Shown piece by piece: positions 13,301-28,539 of a DNA stretch of 64,000 nt. Source of the stretch: the human T2T-CHM13v2.0 reference genome, Homo sapiens; NCBI RefSeq assembly GCF_009914755.1, contig NC_060926.1; one strand, 5' to 3'. The position numbers and the translations under genes were made by a program. The notes beneath the pieces were generated by a model. The model was not told the origin of the DNA, ran no database searches, and saw only the letters and a program-made list of their open reading frames with translations. Position 1 is the stretch's first letter. Each line of letters opens with the position of its first letter.

Positions 13301-16300
13301 TGTCTAGCTTTGAGGATTTCGTTGGAAACGGGATTACATATAAAAAGCAGACAGCAGCATTCCCAGTAACTTCTTTGTGATGTTTGCATTCAAGTCACAG
13401 AGTTGAACATTGCCTTTCATAGAGCAGGTTTCAAACACTCTTTTTGTAGTATCTGGATGTGGACATTTGGAGCGCTTTCAGGCCTATGGTGAAAAAGGAA
13501 ATATCTTCCCCTGAAAACTAGACAGAAGCATTCTCAGAATCTTATTTGTGATGTGCGCCCTCAACTAACAGTGTTGAAGCTTTCTTTTGATAGAGCAGTT
13601 TTGAAACACTCTTTTTGTAAAATCTGCAAGAGGATATTTGTCTAGCTTTGAGGATTTCGTTGGAAACGGGATTGTCTTCATATAAACTCTAGACAGAAGC
13701 ATTCTCAGAAGCTTCATTGGGATGTTTCAATTGAAGTCACAGTGTTGAACAGTCCCTTTCATAGAGCAGGTTTCAAACACTCTTTTTGTAGTATCTGGAT
13801 GTGGACATTTGGAGCGCTTTCAGGCCTATGGTTTAAAAGGAAATATCTTCCCCTGAAAACTAGACAGAAGCATTCTCAGAAACTTATTTGCGATGTGCGC
13901 CCTCAACTAACAGTGTTGAAGCATTCTTTTGATAGAGCAGTTTTGAAACACTCTTTTTGTGGAATCTGCAAGTGGATATTTGTCTAGCTTTGAGGATTTC
14001 GATGGAAACGGGATTACATATGAAAAGCAGACAGCAGCATTCCCAGAAACTTCTTTGTGATGTTTGCATTCAACTCAAAGAGTTGAACATTCCCTTTCAT
14101 AGAGCAGGTTTGAAACACTCTTTTTGTAGTATCTGGATGTGGACATTTGGAGCGCTTTCAGGCCTATGGTGAAAAAGGAAATATCTTCCCCTGAAAACTA
14201 GACAGAAGCATTCTCAGAAACTTATTTGTGATGTGCGCCCTCAACTAACAGTGTTGAAGCTTTCTTTTGATAGAGCAGTTTTGAAACACTCTTTTTGTAA
14301 TATCTGCAAGAGGATATTTGGATAGCTTTGAGGATTTCGTTGGAAACGGGATTAATTATAAAAAGCAGACAGCAGCATTCCCAGAATCTTGTTTGTGATG
14401 TTTGCATTCAAGTGACAGAGTTGAACATTCCCTTTCAGAGAGCAGGTTTGAAACACTCTTTTTATAGTATCTGGATGTGGACATTTGGAGCGCTTTCAGG
14501 CCTATGGTGAAAAAGGAAATATCTTCTCCTGAAAACTAGACAGAAGCATTCTCAGAATCTTATTTGTGATGTGCGCCCTCAACTAACAGTGTTGAAGCTT
14601 TCTTTTGATAGAGCAGTTTTGAAACACTCTTTTCGTAAAATCTGCAAGAGGATATTTTGATAGCTTTGAGGATTTCGTTGGAAACGGGATTGTCTTCATA
14701 TAAACTCTAGACAGAAGCATTCTCAGAAGCTTCATTGGGATGTTTCAATTGAAGTCACAGTGTTGAACAGTCCCTTTCATAGAGCAGGTTTGAAACACTC
14801 TTTTTGTAGTATCTGGAAGTGGACATTTGGAGAGATCTCAGGAATACGGTGATAAAGGAAATATCTTCCAATAAAAGCTAGATAGAAGCAATGTCAGAAA
14901 CTTTTTCATGATGTATCTACTCAGCTAACAGAGTTGAACCTTTCTTTTGAGAGAGCAGTTTTGAAACACTCTTTTTGTGGAATCTGCAAGAGGATATTTG
15001 TCTAGCTTTGAGGATTTCGTTGGAAACGGGATTACATATAAAAAGCAGACAGCAGCATTCCCAGTAACTTCTTTGTGAGGTTTGCATTCAAGTGACAGAG
15101 TTGAACATTCCCTTTCATAGAGCAGGTTTGAAACACTCTTTTTGTAGTATCTGGATGTGGACATTTGGAGCGCTTTCAGGCCTATGGTGAAAAAGGAAAT
15201 ATCTTCCAATAAAAGCTACATAGAAGCAATGTCAGAAACTTTTTCATGATGTATCTACTCAGCTAACAGAGTTGAACCTTTCTTTTGAGAGAGCAGTTTT
15301 GAAACACTCTTTTTGTGGAATCTGGAAGTGGATATTTGTCTAGCTTTGAGGATTTCGTTGGAAACGGGATTACATATAAAAAGCAGACAGCAGCATTCCC
15401 AGTAACTTCTTTGTGACGTTTGCATTCAAGTCACAGAGTTGAACATTCCCTTTCATAGAGCAGGTTTGAAACACTCTTTTTGTAGTATCTGGATGTGGAC
15501 ATTTGGAGCGCTTTCAGGCCTATGGTGAAAAAGGAAATATCTTCCCCTGAAAACTAGACAGAAGAATTCTCAGAATCTTATTTGTGATGTGCGCCATCAA
15601 CTAACAGTGTTGAAGCTTTCTTTTGATAGAGCAGTTCTGAAACACTCTTTTTGTAAAATCTGCAAGAGGATATTTGGATAGCTTTGAGGATTTCGTTGGA
15701 AACGGGATTGTCTTCATATAAACTCTAGACAGAAGCATTCTCAGAAGAGTCATTAGGATGTTTCAATTGAAGTCACAGTGTTGAACATTCCCTTTCATAG
15801 AGCAGGTTTGAAACACTCTTTTTGTAGTATCTGGATGTGGACATTTGGAGCGCTTTCAGGCCTATGGTTTAAAAGGAAATATCTTCCCCTGAAAACTAGA
15901 CAGAAGCATTCTCAGAAACTTATTTGTGATGTGCGCCCTCAACTAACAGTGTTGAAGCATTCTTTTGATAGAGCAGTTTTGAAACACTCTTTTTGTGGAA
16001 TCTGCAAGTGGATATTTGTCTAGCTTTGAGGATTTCGTTGGAAACGGGATTACATATAAAAAGCAGACAGCAGCATTCCCAGAAACTTCTTTGTGATGTT
16101 TGCATTCACGTCACAGAGTTGAACATTCCCTTTCATAGAGCAGGTTTGAAACACTCTTTTTGAAGTATCTGGTTGTGGACATTTGGAGCGCTTTCAGGCC
16201 TATGGTGAAAAAGGAAATATCTTCCCCTGAAAACTAGACAGAAGCATTCTCAGAAACTTATTTGTGATGTGCGCCCTCAACTAACAGTGTTGAACCTTTC

Positions 16301-19300
16301 TTTTGATAGAGCAGTTTTGAAACACTCTTTTTGTAATATCTGCAAGAGGATATTTGGATAGCTTTGAGGATTTCGTTGGAAACGGGATTGTCTTCATATA
16401 AACTCTAGACAGAAGCATTCTCAGAAGCTTCATTGGGATGTTTCAATTGAAGTCACAGTGTTGAACAGTCCCTTTCATAGAGCAGGTTTGAAACACTCTT
16501 TTTGTAGTATCTGGAAGTGGACATTTGGAGCGCTCTCAGGACTACGATGATAAAGGAAATATCTTCCAATAAAAGCTAGATAGAAGCAATGTCAGAAACT
16601 TTTTCATGATGTATCTACTCAGCTAACAGAGTTGAACCTTTCTTTTGAGAGAGCAGTTTTGAAACACTCTTTTTGTGGAATCTGCAAGTGGATATTTGTC
16701 TAGCTTTGAGGATTTCGTTGGAAACGGGATTACATATAAAAAGCAGACAGCAGCATTCCCAGAATCTTCTTTGTGATGTTTGCATTCAAGTCACAGAGTT
16801 GAACATTCCCTTTCATAGAGCAGGTTTGAAACACTCTTTTTGTAGTATCTGGATGTGGACATTTGGAGCGCTTTCAGGCCTATGGTGAAAAAGGAAATAT
16901 CTTCCCCTGAAAACTAGACAGAAGCATTCTCAGAATCTTATTTGTGATGTGCGCCCTCAACTAACAGTGTTGAAGCTTTCTTTTGATAGAGCAGTTTTGA
17001 AACACTCTTTTTGTAAAGTCTGCAAGAGGATATTTGGATAGCTTTGAGGATTTCGTTGGAAACGGGATTGTCTTCATATAAACTCTAGACAGAAGCATTC
17101 TCAGAAGCTTCATTGGGATGTTTCAATTGAAGTCACAGTGTTGAACAGTCCCTTTCATAGAGCAGGTTTGAAACACTCTTTTTGTAGTATCTGGAAGTGG
17201 ACATTTGGAGCGCTCTCAGGACTGCGGTGAAAAAGGAAATATCTTCCAATAAAAGCTAGATAGAAGCAATGTCAGAAACTTTTTCATGATGTATCTACTC
17301 AGCTAACAGAGTTGAACCTTCATTTGAGAGAGCAGTTTAGAAACACTCGTTTTGTGGAATCTGCAAGTGGATATTTGTCTAGCTTTGAGGATTTCGTTGG
17401 AAACGGGATTACATATAAAAAGCAGACAGCAGCATTCCCAGAAACTTCTTTGTGATGTTTGCATTCAAGTCACAGAGTTGAACATTCCCTTTCATAGAGC
17501 AGGTTTGAAACACTCTTTTTGTAGTATCTGGATGTGTACATTTGCAGCGCTTTCAGGCCTAAGGTGAAAAAGGAAATATCTTCCCCTGAAAACTAGACAG
17601 AAGCATTCTCAGAAACTTATTTGTGATGTGCGCCCTCAACTAACAGTGTTGAAGCTTTCTTTTGATAGAGCAGTCCTGAAACACTCTTTTTGTAATATCT
17701 GCAAGAGGATATTTGGATAGCTTTGAGGATTTCGTTGGAAACGGGTTTGTCTTCATATAAACTCTAGACAGAAGCATTCTCAGAAGCTTCATTGGGATGT
17801 TTCAATTGAAGTCACAGTGTTGAACAGTTCCTTTCATAGAACAGGTTTGAAACACTCTTTTTGTAGTATCTGGAAGTGGACATTTGGAGCGCTCTCAGGA
17901 CTATGCTGAAAAAGGAAATATCTTCCAATAAAAGCTACATAGAAGCAATGTTAGAAACTTTTTCATGATGTATCTACTCAGCTAACAGAGTTGAACCTTT
18001 CCTTTGAGAGAGCAGTTTTGAAACACTCTTTTTGTGGAATCTGCAAGTGGATATTTGTCTAGCTTTGAGGATTTCGTTGGAAACGGGATTACATATAAAA
18101 AGCAGACAGCAGCATTCCCAGTAACTTCTTTGTGATGTTTGCATTCAAGTCACAGAGTTGAATATTCCCTTTCATAGAGCAGGTTTGAAACACTCTTTTT
18201 GTAGTATCTGGATGTGGACATTTGGAGCGCTTTCAGGCCTATGGTGAAAAAGTAAATATCTTCCCCTGAAAACTAGACAGAAGCATTCTCAGAAACTTAT
18301 TTGTGATGTGCGCCCTCAACTAACAGTGTTGAACCTTTCTTTTGATAGAGCAGTTTTGAAACACTCTTTTTGTAAAATCTGCAAGAGGATATTTGGATAG
18401 CTTTGAGGATTTCGTTGGAAACGGGATTGTCTTCATATAAACTCTAGACAGAAGCATTCTCAGAAGCTTCATTGGGATGTTTCAATTGAAGTCACAGTGT
18501 TGAACAGTCCCTTTCATAGAGCAGGTTTGAAACACTCTTTTTGTAGTATCTGGATGTGGACATTTGGAGCGCTTTCAGGCCTATGGTTTAAAAGGAAATA
18601 TCTTCCCCTGAAAACTAGACAGAAGCATTCTCAGAAACTTATTTGTGATGTGCGCCCTCAACTAACAGTGTTGAAGCATTCTTTTGATAGAGCAGTTTTG
18701 AAACACTCTTTTTGTGGAATCTGCAAGTGGATATTTGTCTAGCTTTGAGGATTTCGTTGGAAACGGGATTAATTATAAATAGCAGACAGCAGCATTCCCA
18801 GAATCTTGTTTGTGATGTTTGCATTCAAGTCACAGAGTTGAACATTCCCTTTCAGAGAGCAGGTTTGAAACACTCTTTTTATAGTATCTGGATGTGGACA
18901 TTTGGAGCGCTTTCAGGCCTATGATGAAAAAGGAAATATCTTCTCCTGAAAACTAGACAGAAGCATTCTCAGAATCTTATTTGTGATGTGCGCCCTCAAC
19001 TAACAGTGTTGAAGCTTTCTTTTGATAGAGCAGTTTTGAAACACTCTTTTCGTAAAATCTGCAAGAGGATATTTGGATAGCTTTGAGGATTTCGTTGGAA
19101 ACGGGATTGTCTTCATATAAACTCTAGACAGAAGCATTCTCAGAAGCTTCATTGGGATGTTTCAATTGAAGTCACATTGTTGAACAGTCCCTTTCATAGA
19201 GCAGGTTTGAAACACTCTTTTTGTAGTATCTGGAAGTGGACATTTGTAGAGATCTCAGGAATACGGTGATAAAGGTAATATCTTCCAATAAAAGCTAGAT

Positions 19301-22300
19301 AGAAGCAATGTCAGAAACTTTTTCATGATGTATCTACTCAGCTAACAGAGTTGAACCTTTCTTTTGAGAGAGCAGTTTTGAAACACTCTTTTTGTGGAAT
19401 CTGCAAGTGGATATTTGTCTAGCTTTGAGGATTTCGTTGGAAACGGGATTACATATAAAAAGCAGACAGCAGCATTCCCAGTAACTTCTTTGTGATGTTT
19501 GCATTCAAGTCACAGAGTTGAACATTCCCTTTCATAGAGCAGGTTTGAAACACTTTTTTTGTAGTATCTGGATGTGGACATTTGGAGCGCTTTCAGGCCT
19601 ATGGTGAAAAAGGAAATATCTTCCAATAAAAGCTAGATAGAAGCAATGTCAGAAACTTTTTCATGATGTATCTACTCAGCTAACAGAGTTGAACCTTTCT
19701 TTTGAGAGAGCAGTTTTGAAACACTCTTTTTGTAAAATCTGCAAGAGGATATTTGGATAGCTTTGAGGATTTCGTTGGAAACGGGATTGTCTTCATATAA
19801 ACTCTAGACAGAAGCATTCTCAGAAGCGTCATTGGGATGTTTCAATTGAAGTCACAGTGTTGAACAGTCCCTTTCATAGAGCAGGTTTGAAACACTCTTT
19901 TTGTAGTATCTGGATGTGGACATTTGGAGCGCTTTCAGGCCTATGTTTTAAAAGGAAATATCTTCCCCTGAAAACTAGACAGAAGCATTCTCAGAAACTT
20001 ATTTGTGATGTGCGCCTTCAACTAACAGTGTTGAAGCATTCTTTTGATAGAGCAGTTTTGAAACACTCTTTTTGTGGAATCTGCAAGTGGATATTTGTCT
20101 AGCTTTGAGGATTTCGTTGGAAACGGGATTACATATAAAAAGCAGACAGCAGCATTCCCAGAAACTTCTTTGTGATGTTTGCATTCAAGTCACAGAGTTG
20201 AACATTCCCTTTCAGAGAGCAGGTTTGAAACACTCTTTTTGTAGTATCTGGATGTGGACATTTGGAGCGCTTTCAGCCCTATGGTGAAAAAGGAAATATC
20301 TTCCCCTGAAAACTAGACAGAATCATTCTCAGAATCTTATTTGTGATGTGCGCCCTCAACTAACAGTGTTGAAGCTTTCTTTTGATAGAGCAGTTTTGAA
20401 ACACTCTTTTTGTAAAATCTGCAAGAGGATATTTGGATAGCTTTGAGGATTTCGTTGGAAACGGGATTGTCTTCATATAAACTCTAGACAGAAGCATTCT
20501 CAGAAGCTTCATTGGGATGTTTCAATTGAAGTCACAGTGTTGAACAGTCCCTTTCATAGAGCAGGTTTGAAACACTCTTTTTGTAGTATCTGGAAGTGGA
20601 CATTTGGAGCGCTCTCAGGACTGCGGTGAAAAAGGAACTATCTTCCAATAAAAGCTAGATAGAAGCAATGTCAGAAACTTTTTCATGATGTATCTACTCA
20701 GCTAACAGAGTTGAACCTTTCCTTTGAGAGTGCAGTTTTGAAACACTCTTTTTGTGGAATCTGCAAGTGGATATTTGTCTAGCTTTGAGGATTTCGTTGG
20801 AAACGGGATTACATATAAAAAGCAGACAGCAGCATTCCCAGTAACTTCTTTGTGATGTTTGCATTCAACTCACAGAGTTGAACATTCCCTTTCATAGAGC
20901 AGGTTTGAAACACTCTTTTTGTAGTATCTGGATGTGGACATTTGGAGCGCTTTCAGGCCTATGGTGAAAAAGGAAATATCTTCCCCTGAAAACTAGACAG
21001 AAGCATTCTCAGAAACTTATTTGTGATGTGCACCCTCAACTAACAGTGTTGAACCTTTCTTTTGATAGAGCAGTTTTGAAACACTCTTTTTGTAATATCT
21101 GCAAGAGGATATTTGGATAGCTTTGAGGATTTCGTTGGAAACGGGATTACATATAAAAAGCAGACAGCAGCATTCCCAGAATCTTGTTTGTGATGTTTGC
21201 ATTCAAGTCACAGAGTTGAACATTCCCTTTCAGAGAGCAGGTTTGAAACACTCTTTTTATAGTGTCTGGATTTGGACATTTGGAGCGCTTTCAGGCCTAT
21301 GGTGAAAAAGGAAATATCTTCTCCTGTAAACTAGACAGAAGCATTCTCAGAAACTTATTTGTGATGTGCGCCCTCAACTAACAGTGTTGAAGCTTTCTTT
21401 TGATAGAGCAGTTTTGAAACACTCTTTTTGTAAAATCTGCAAGAGGATATTTGGATAGCTTTGAGGATTTCGTTGGAAACGGGATTGTCTTCATATAAAC
21501 TCTACACAGAAGCATTCTCAGAAGCTTCATTGGGATGTTTCAATTGAAGTCACAGTGTTGAACAGTCCCTTTCATAGAGCAGGTTTGAAACACTCTTTTT
21601 GTAGTTTCTGGAAGTGGACATTTGGAACGCTCTCAGGACTGCGGTGAAAAAGGAAATATCTTCCAATAAAATCTAGATAGAAGCAATGTCAGAAACTTTT
21701 TCATGATGTATCTACTCAGCTAACAGAGTTGAACCTTTCTTTTGAGAGAGCAGTTTTGAAACACTCTTTTTGTGGAATCTGCAAGTGGATATTAGTCTAG
21801 CTTTGAGGATTTCGTTGGAAACGGGATTACATATAAAAAGCAGACAGCAGCATTCCCAGTAACTTCTTTGTGATGTTTGCATTCAAGTCACAGAGTTGAA
21901 CATTCCCTTTCATAGAGCAGGTTTGAAACACTTTTTTTGTAGTATCTGGATGTGGATATTTGGAGCGCTTTCAGGCCTATGGTGAAAAAGGAAATATCTT
22001 CCAATAAAAGCTACATAGAAGCAATGTCAGAAACTTTTTCATGATGTATCTACTCAGCTAACAGAGTTGAACCTTTCTTTTCAGAGAGCAGTTTTGAAAC
22101 ACTCTTTTTGTGTAATCTGAAAGTGGATATTTGTCTAGCTTTGAGGATTTCGTTGGAAACGGGATTACATATAAAAAGCAGACAGCAGCATTCCCAGTAA
22201 CTTCTTTGTGATGTTTGCATTCAAGTCACAGAGTTGAACATTCCCTTTCATAGAGCAGGTTTGAAACACTCTTTTTGTAGTATCTGGATGTGGACATTTG

Positions 22301-25300
22301 GAGCGCTTTCAGGCCTATTGTGAAAAAGGAAATATCTTCCCCTGAAAACTAGACAGAAGAATTCTCAGAATCTTATTTGTGATGTGCGCCCTCAACTAAC
22401 AGTGTTGAAGCTTTCTTTTGATAGAGCAGTTTTGAAACACTCTTTTTGTAAAATCTGCAAGAGGATATTTGGATAGCTTTGAGGATTTCGTTGGAAACGG
22501 GATTGTCTTCATATAAACTCTACACAGAAGCATTCTCAGAAGCGTCATTGGGATGTTTCAATTGAAGTCACAGTGTTGAACAGTCCCTTTCATAGAGCAG
22601 GTTTGAAACACTCTTTTTGTAGTATCTGGATGTGGACATTTGGAGCGCTTTCAGGCCTATGGTTTAAAAGGAAATATCTTCCCCTGAAAACTAGACAGAA
22701 GCATTCTCAGAAACTTATTTGTGATGTGCGCCTTCAACTAACAGTGTTGAAGCATTCTTTTGATAGAGCAGTTTTGAAACACTCTTTTTGTGGAATCTGC
22801 AAGTGGATATTTGTCTAGCTTTGAGGATTTCGTTGGAAACGGGATTACATATAAAAAGCAGACAGCAGCATTCCCAGAAACTTCTTTGTGATGTTTGCAT
22901 TCAAGTCACAGAGTTGAACATTCCCTTTCAGAGAGCAGGTTTGAAACACTCTTTTTGTAGTATCTGGATGTGGACATTTGGAGCGCTTTCAGGCCTATGG
23001 TGAAAAAGGAAATATCTTCCCCTGAAAACTAGACAGAAGCATTCTCAGAATCTTATTTGTGATGTGCGCCCTCAACTAACAGTGTTGAAGCTTTCTTTTG
23101 ATAGAGCAGTTTTGAAACACTCTTTTTGTAAAATCTGCAAGAGGATATTTGGATAGCTTTGAGGATTTCGTTGGAAACGGGATTGTCTTCATATAAACTC
23201 TAGACAGAAGCATTCTCAGAAGCTTCATTGGGATGTTTCAATTGAAGTCACAGTGTTCAACAGTCCCTTTCATAGAGCAGGTTTGAAACACTCTTTTTGT
23301 AGTATCTGGAAGTGGACATTTGGAACGCTCTCAGGACTGCGGTGAAAAAGGAAATATCTTCCAATAAAAGCTAGATAGAAGCAATGTCAGAAACTTTTTC
23401 ATGATGTATCTACTCAGCTAACAGAGTTGAACCTTTCTTTTGAGAGAGCAGTTTTGAAACACTCGTTTTGTGGAATCTGCAAGTGGATATTTGTCTAGCT
23501 TTGAGGATTTCGTTGGAAACGGGATTACATATAAAAAGCAGACAGCAGCATTCCCAGAAACTTCTTTGTGATGTTTGCATTCAAGTCACAGAGTTGAACA
23601 TTCCCTTTCATAGAGCAGGTTTGAAACACTCTTTTTGTAGTATCTGGATGTGGACATTTGCAGCGCTTTCAGGCCTAAGGTGAAAAAGGAAATATCTTCC
23701 CCTGAAAACTAGACAGAAGCATTCTCAGAAACTTATTTGTGATGTGCGCCCTCAACTAACAGTGTTGAAGCTTTCTTTTGATAGAGCAGTTTTGAAACAC
23801 TCTTTTTGTAATATCTGCAAGAGGATATTTGGATAGCTTTGAGGATTTCGTTGGAAACGGGATTGTCTTCATATAAACTCTAGACAGAAGCATTCTCAGA
23901 AGCTTCATTGGGATGTTTCAATTGAAGTCACAGTGTTGAACAGTCCCTTTCATAGAGCAGGTTTGAAACACTCTTTTTGTAGTATCTGGAAGTGGACATT
24001 TGGAACGCTCTCAGGACTGCGGTGAAAAAGGAAATATCTTCCAATAAAAGCTAGATAGAAGCAATGTCAGAAACTTTTTCATGATGTATCTACTCAGCTA
24101 ACAGAGTTGAACCTTTCTTTTGAGAGAGCAGTTTTGAAACACTCTTTTTGTGGAATCTGCAAGTGGATATTTGTCTAGCTTTGAGGATTTCGTTGGAAAC
24201 GGGATTACATATAAAAAGCAGACAGCAGCATTCCCAGTAACTTCTTTGTGATGTTTGCATTCAAGTCACAGAGTTGAACATTCCCTTTCATAGAGCAGGT
24301 TTGAAACACTTTTTTTGTAGTATCTGGATGTGGACATTTGGAGCGCTTTCAGGCCTATGGTGAAAAAGGAAATATCTTCCAATAAAAGCTACATAAAAGC
24401 AATGTCAGAAACTTTTTCATGATGTATCTACTCAGCTAACAGAGTTGAACCTTTCCTTTGAGAGAGCAGTTTTGAAACACTCTTTTTGTGGAATCTGCAG
24501 GTGGATATTTGTCTAGCTTTGAGGATTTCGTTGGAAACGGGATTACATATAAAAAGCAGACAGCAGCATTCCCAGTAACTTCTTTGTGATGTTTGCATTC
24601 AAGTCACAGAGTTGAACATTGCCTTTCATAGAGCAGGTTTCAAACACTCTTTTTGTAGTATCTGGATGTGGACATTTGGAGCGCTTTCAGGCCTATGGTG
24701 AAAAAGGAAATATCTTCCCCTGAAAACTAGACAGAAGCATTCTCAGAATCTTATTTGTGATGTGCGCCCTCAACTAACAGTGTTGAAGCTTTCTTTTGAT
24801 AGAGCAGTTTTGAAACACTCTTTTTGTAAAATCTGCAAGAGGATATTTGGATAGCTTTGAGGATTTCGTTGGAAACGGGATTGTCTTCATATAAACTCTA
24901 GACAGAAGCATTCTCAGAAGCTTCATTGGGATGTTTCAATTGAAGTCACAGTGTTGAACAGTCCCTTTCATAGAGCAGGTTTCAAACACTCTTTTTGTAG
25001 TATCTGGATGTGGACATTTGGAGCGCTTTCAGGCCTATGGTTTAAAAGGAAATATCTTCCCCTGAAAACTAGACAGAAGCATTCTCAGAAACTTATTTGC
25101 GATGTGCGCCCTCAACTAACAGTGTTGAAGCATTCTTTTGATAGAGCAGTTTTGAAACACTCTTTTTGTGGAATCTGCAAGTGGATATTTGTCTAGCTTT
25201 GAGGATTTCGATGGAAACGGGATTACATATGAAAAGCAGACAGCAGCATTCCCAGAAACTTCTTTGTGATGTTTGCATTCAACTCAAAGAGTTGAACATT

Positions 25301-27750
25301 CCCTTTCATAGAGCAGGTTTGAAACACTCTTTTTGTAGTATCTGGATGTGGACATTTGGAGCGCTTTCAGGCCTATGGTGAAAAAGGAAATATCTTCCCC
25401 TGAAAACTAGACAGAAGCATTCTCAGAAACTTATTTGTGATGTGCGCCCTCAACTAACAGTGTTGAAGCTTTCTTTTGATAGAGCAGTTTTGAAACACTC
25501 TTTTTGTAATATCTGCAAGAGGATATTTGGATAGCTTTGAGGATTTCGTTGGAAACGGGATTAATTATAAAAAGCAGACAGCAGCATTCCCAGAATCTTG
25601 TTTGTGATGTTTGCATTCAAGTGACAGAGTTGAACATTCCCTTTCAGAGAGCAGGTTTGAAACACTCTTTTTATAGTATCTGGATGTGGACATTTGGAGC
25701 GCTTTCAGGCCTATGGTGAAAAAGGAAATATCTTCTCCTGAAAACTAGACAGAAGCATTCTCAGAATCTTATTTGTGATGTGCGCCCTCAACTAACAGTG
25801 TTGAAGCTTTCTTTTGATAGAGCAGTTTTGAAACACTCTTTTCGTAAAATCTGCAAGAGGATATTTTGATAGCTTTGAGGATTTCGTTGGAAACGGGATT
25901 GTCTTCATATAAACTCTAGACAGAAGCATTCTCAGAAGCTTCATTGGGATGTTTCAATTGAAGTCACAGTGTTGAACAGTCCCTTTCATAGAGCAGGTTT
26001 GAAACACTCTTTTTGTAGTATCTGGAAGTGGACATTTGGAGAGATCTCAGGAATACGGTGATAAAGGAAATATCTTCCAATAAAAGCTAGATAGAAGCAA
26101 TGTCAGAAACTTTTTCATGATGTATCTACTCAGCTAACAGAGTTGAACCTTTCTTTTGAGAGAGCAGTTTTGAAACACTCTTTTTGTGGAATCTGCAAGA
26201 GGATATTTGTCTAGCTTTGAGGATTTCGTTGGAAACGGGATTACATATAAAAAGCAGACAGCAGCATTCCCAGTAACTTCTTTGTGAGGTTTGCATTCAA
26301 GTGACAGAGTTGAACATTCCCTTTCATAGAGCAGGTTTGAAACACTCTTTTTGTAGTATCTGGATGTGGACATTTGGAGCGCTTTCAGGCCTATGGTGAA
26401 AAAGGAAATATCTTCCAATAAAAGCTACATAGAAGCAATGTCAGAAACTTTTTCATGATGTATCTACTCAGCTAACAGAGTTGAACCTTTCTTTTGAGAG
26501 AGCAGTTTTGAAACACTCTTTTTGTGGAATCTGGAAGTGGATATTTGTCTAGCTTTGAGGATTTCGTTGGAAACGGGATTACATATAAAAAGCAGACAGC
26601 AGCATTCCCAGTAACTTCTTTGTGACGTTTGCATTCAAGTCACAGAGTTGAACATTCCCTTTCATAGAGCAGGTTTGAAACACTCTTTTTGTAGTATCTG
26701 GATGTGGACATTTGGAGCGCTTTCAGGCCTATGGTGAAAAAGGAAATATCTTCCCCTGAAAACTAGACAGAAGAATTCTCAGAATCTTATTTGTGATGTG
26801 CGCCATCAACTAACAGTGTTGAAGCTTTCTTTTGATAGAGCAGTTTTGAAACACTCTTTTTGTAAAATCTGCAAGAGGATATTTGGATAGCTTTGAGGAT
26901 TTCGTTGGAAACGGGATTGTCTTCATATAAACTCTAGACAGAAGCATTCTCAGAAGAGTCATTGGGATGTTTCAATTGAAGTCACAGTGTTGAACATTCC
27001 CTTTCATAGAGCAGGTTTGAAACACTCTTTTTGTAGTATCTGGATGTGGACATTTGGAGCGCTTTCAGGCCTATGGTTTAAAAGGAAATATCTTCCCCTG
27101 AAAACTAGACAGAAGCATTCTCAGAAACTTATTTGTGATGTGCGGCCTCAACTAACAGTGTTGAAGCATTCTTTTGATAGAGCAGTTTTGAAACACTCTT
27201 TTTGTGGAATCTGCAAGTGGATATTTGTCTAGCTTTGAGGATTTCGTTGGAAACGGGATTACATATAAAAAGCAGACAGCAGCATTCCCAGTAACTTCTT
27301 TGTGATGTTTGCATTCAAGTCAGAGAGTTGAACATTCCCTTTCATAGAGCAGGTTTGAAACACTCTTTTTGAAGCATCTGGTTGTGGACATTTGGAGCGC
27401 TTTCAGGCCTATGGTGAAAAAGGAAATATCTTCCCCTGAAAACTAGACAGAAGCATTCTCAGAAACTTATTTGTGATGTGCGCCCTCAACTAACAGTGTT
27501 GAACCTTTCTTTTGATAGAGCAGTTTTGAAACACTCTTTTTGTAATATCTGCAAGAGGATATTTGGATAGCTTTGAGGATTTCGTTGGAAACGGGATTGT
27601 CTTCATATAAACTCTAGACAGAAGCATTCTCAGAAGCTTCATTGGGATGTTTCAATTGAAGTCACAGTGTTGAACAGTCCCTTTCATAGAGCAGGTTTGA
27701 AACACTCTTTTTGTAGTATCTGGAAGTGGACATTTGGAGCGCTCTCAGGA
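7380..27750 (+). repeat. Near-tandem duplication with 11209-bp (~66-monomer) offset: ~7380-16540 matches ~18590-27750
   Basis: Private variants recur at exactly +11209: variant box TTTCGATGG at 13997/25206, EcoRI at 11150/22359 and 15564/26773. ORF-track pairs agree (8648/19857, 9808/21017, 11364/22573, 13742/24951, 14925/26134). Boundaries are approximate. Confidence 0.9.
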
Positions 27751-28539
27751 CTGCGGTGAAAAAGGAAATATCTTCCAATAAAAGCTAGATAGAAGCAATG
27801 TCAGAAACTTTTTCATGATGTATCTACTCAGCTAACAGAGTTGAACCTTCATTTGAGAGAGCAGTTTTGAAACACTCGTTTTGTGGAATCTGCAAGTGGA
27901 TATTTGTCTAGCTTTGAGGATTTCGTTGGAAACGGGATTACATATAAAAAGCAGACAGCAGCATTCCCAGAAACTTCTTTGTGATGTTTGCATTCAAGTC
28001 ACAGAGTTGAACATTCCCTTTCATAGAGCAGGTTTGAAACACTCTTTTTGTAGTATCTGGATGTGTACATTTGCAGCGCTTTCAGGCCTAACGTGAAAAA
28101 GGAAATATCTTCCCCTGAAAACTAGACAGAAGCATTCTCAGAAACTTATTTGTGATGTGCGCCCTCAACTAACAGTGTTGAAGCTTTCTTTTGATAGAGC
28201 AGTTTTGAAACACTCTTTTTGTAATATCTGCAAGAGGATATTTGGATAGCTTTGAGGATTTCGTTGGAAACGGGTTTGTCTTCATAGAAACTCTAGACAG
28301 AAGCATTCTCAGAAGCTTCATTGGGATGTTTCAATTGAAGTCACAGTGTTGAACAGTTCCTTTCATAGAACAGGTTTGAAACACTCTTTTTGTAGTATCT
28401 GGAAGTGGACATTTGGAGCGCTCTCAGGACTATGGTGAAAAAGGAAATATCTTCCAATAAAAGCTACATAGAAGCAATGTCAGAAACTTTTTCATGATGT
28501 ATCTACTCAGCTAACAGAGTTGAACCTTTCCTTTGAGAG

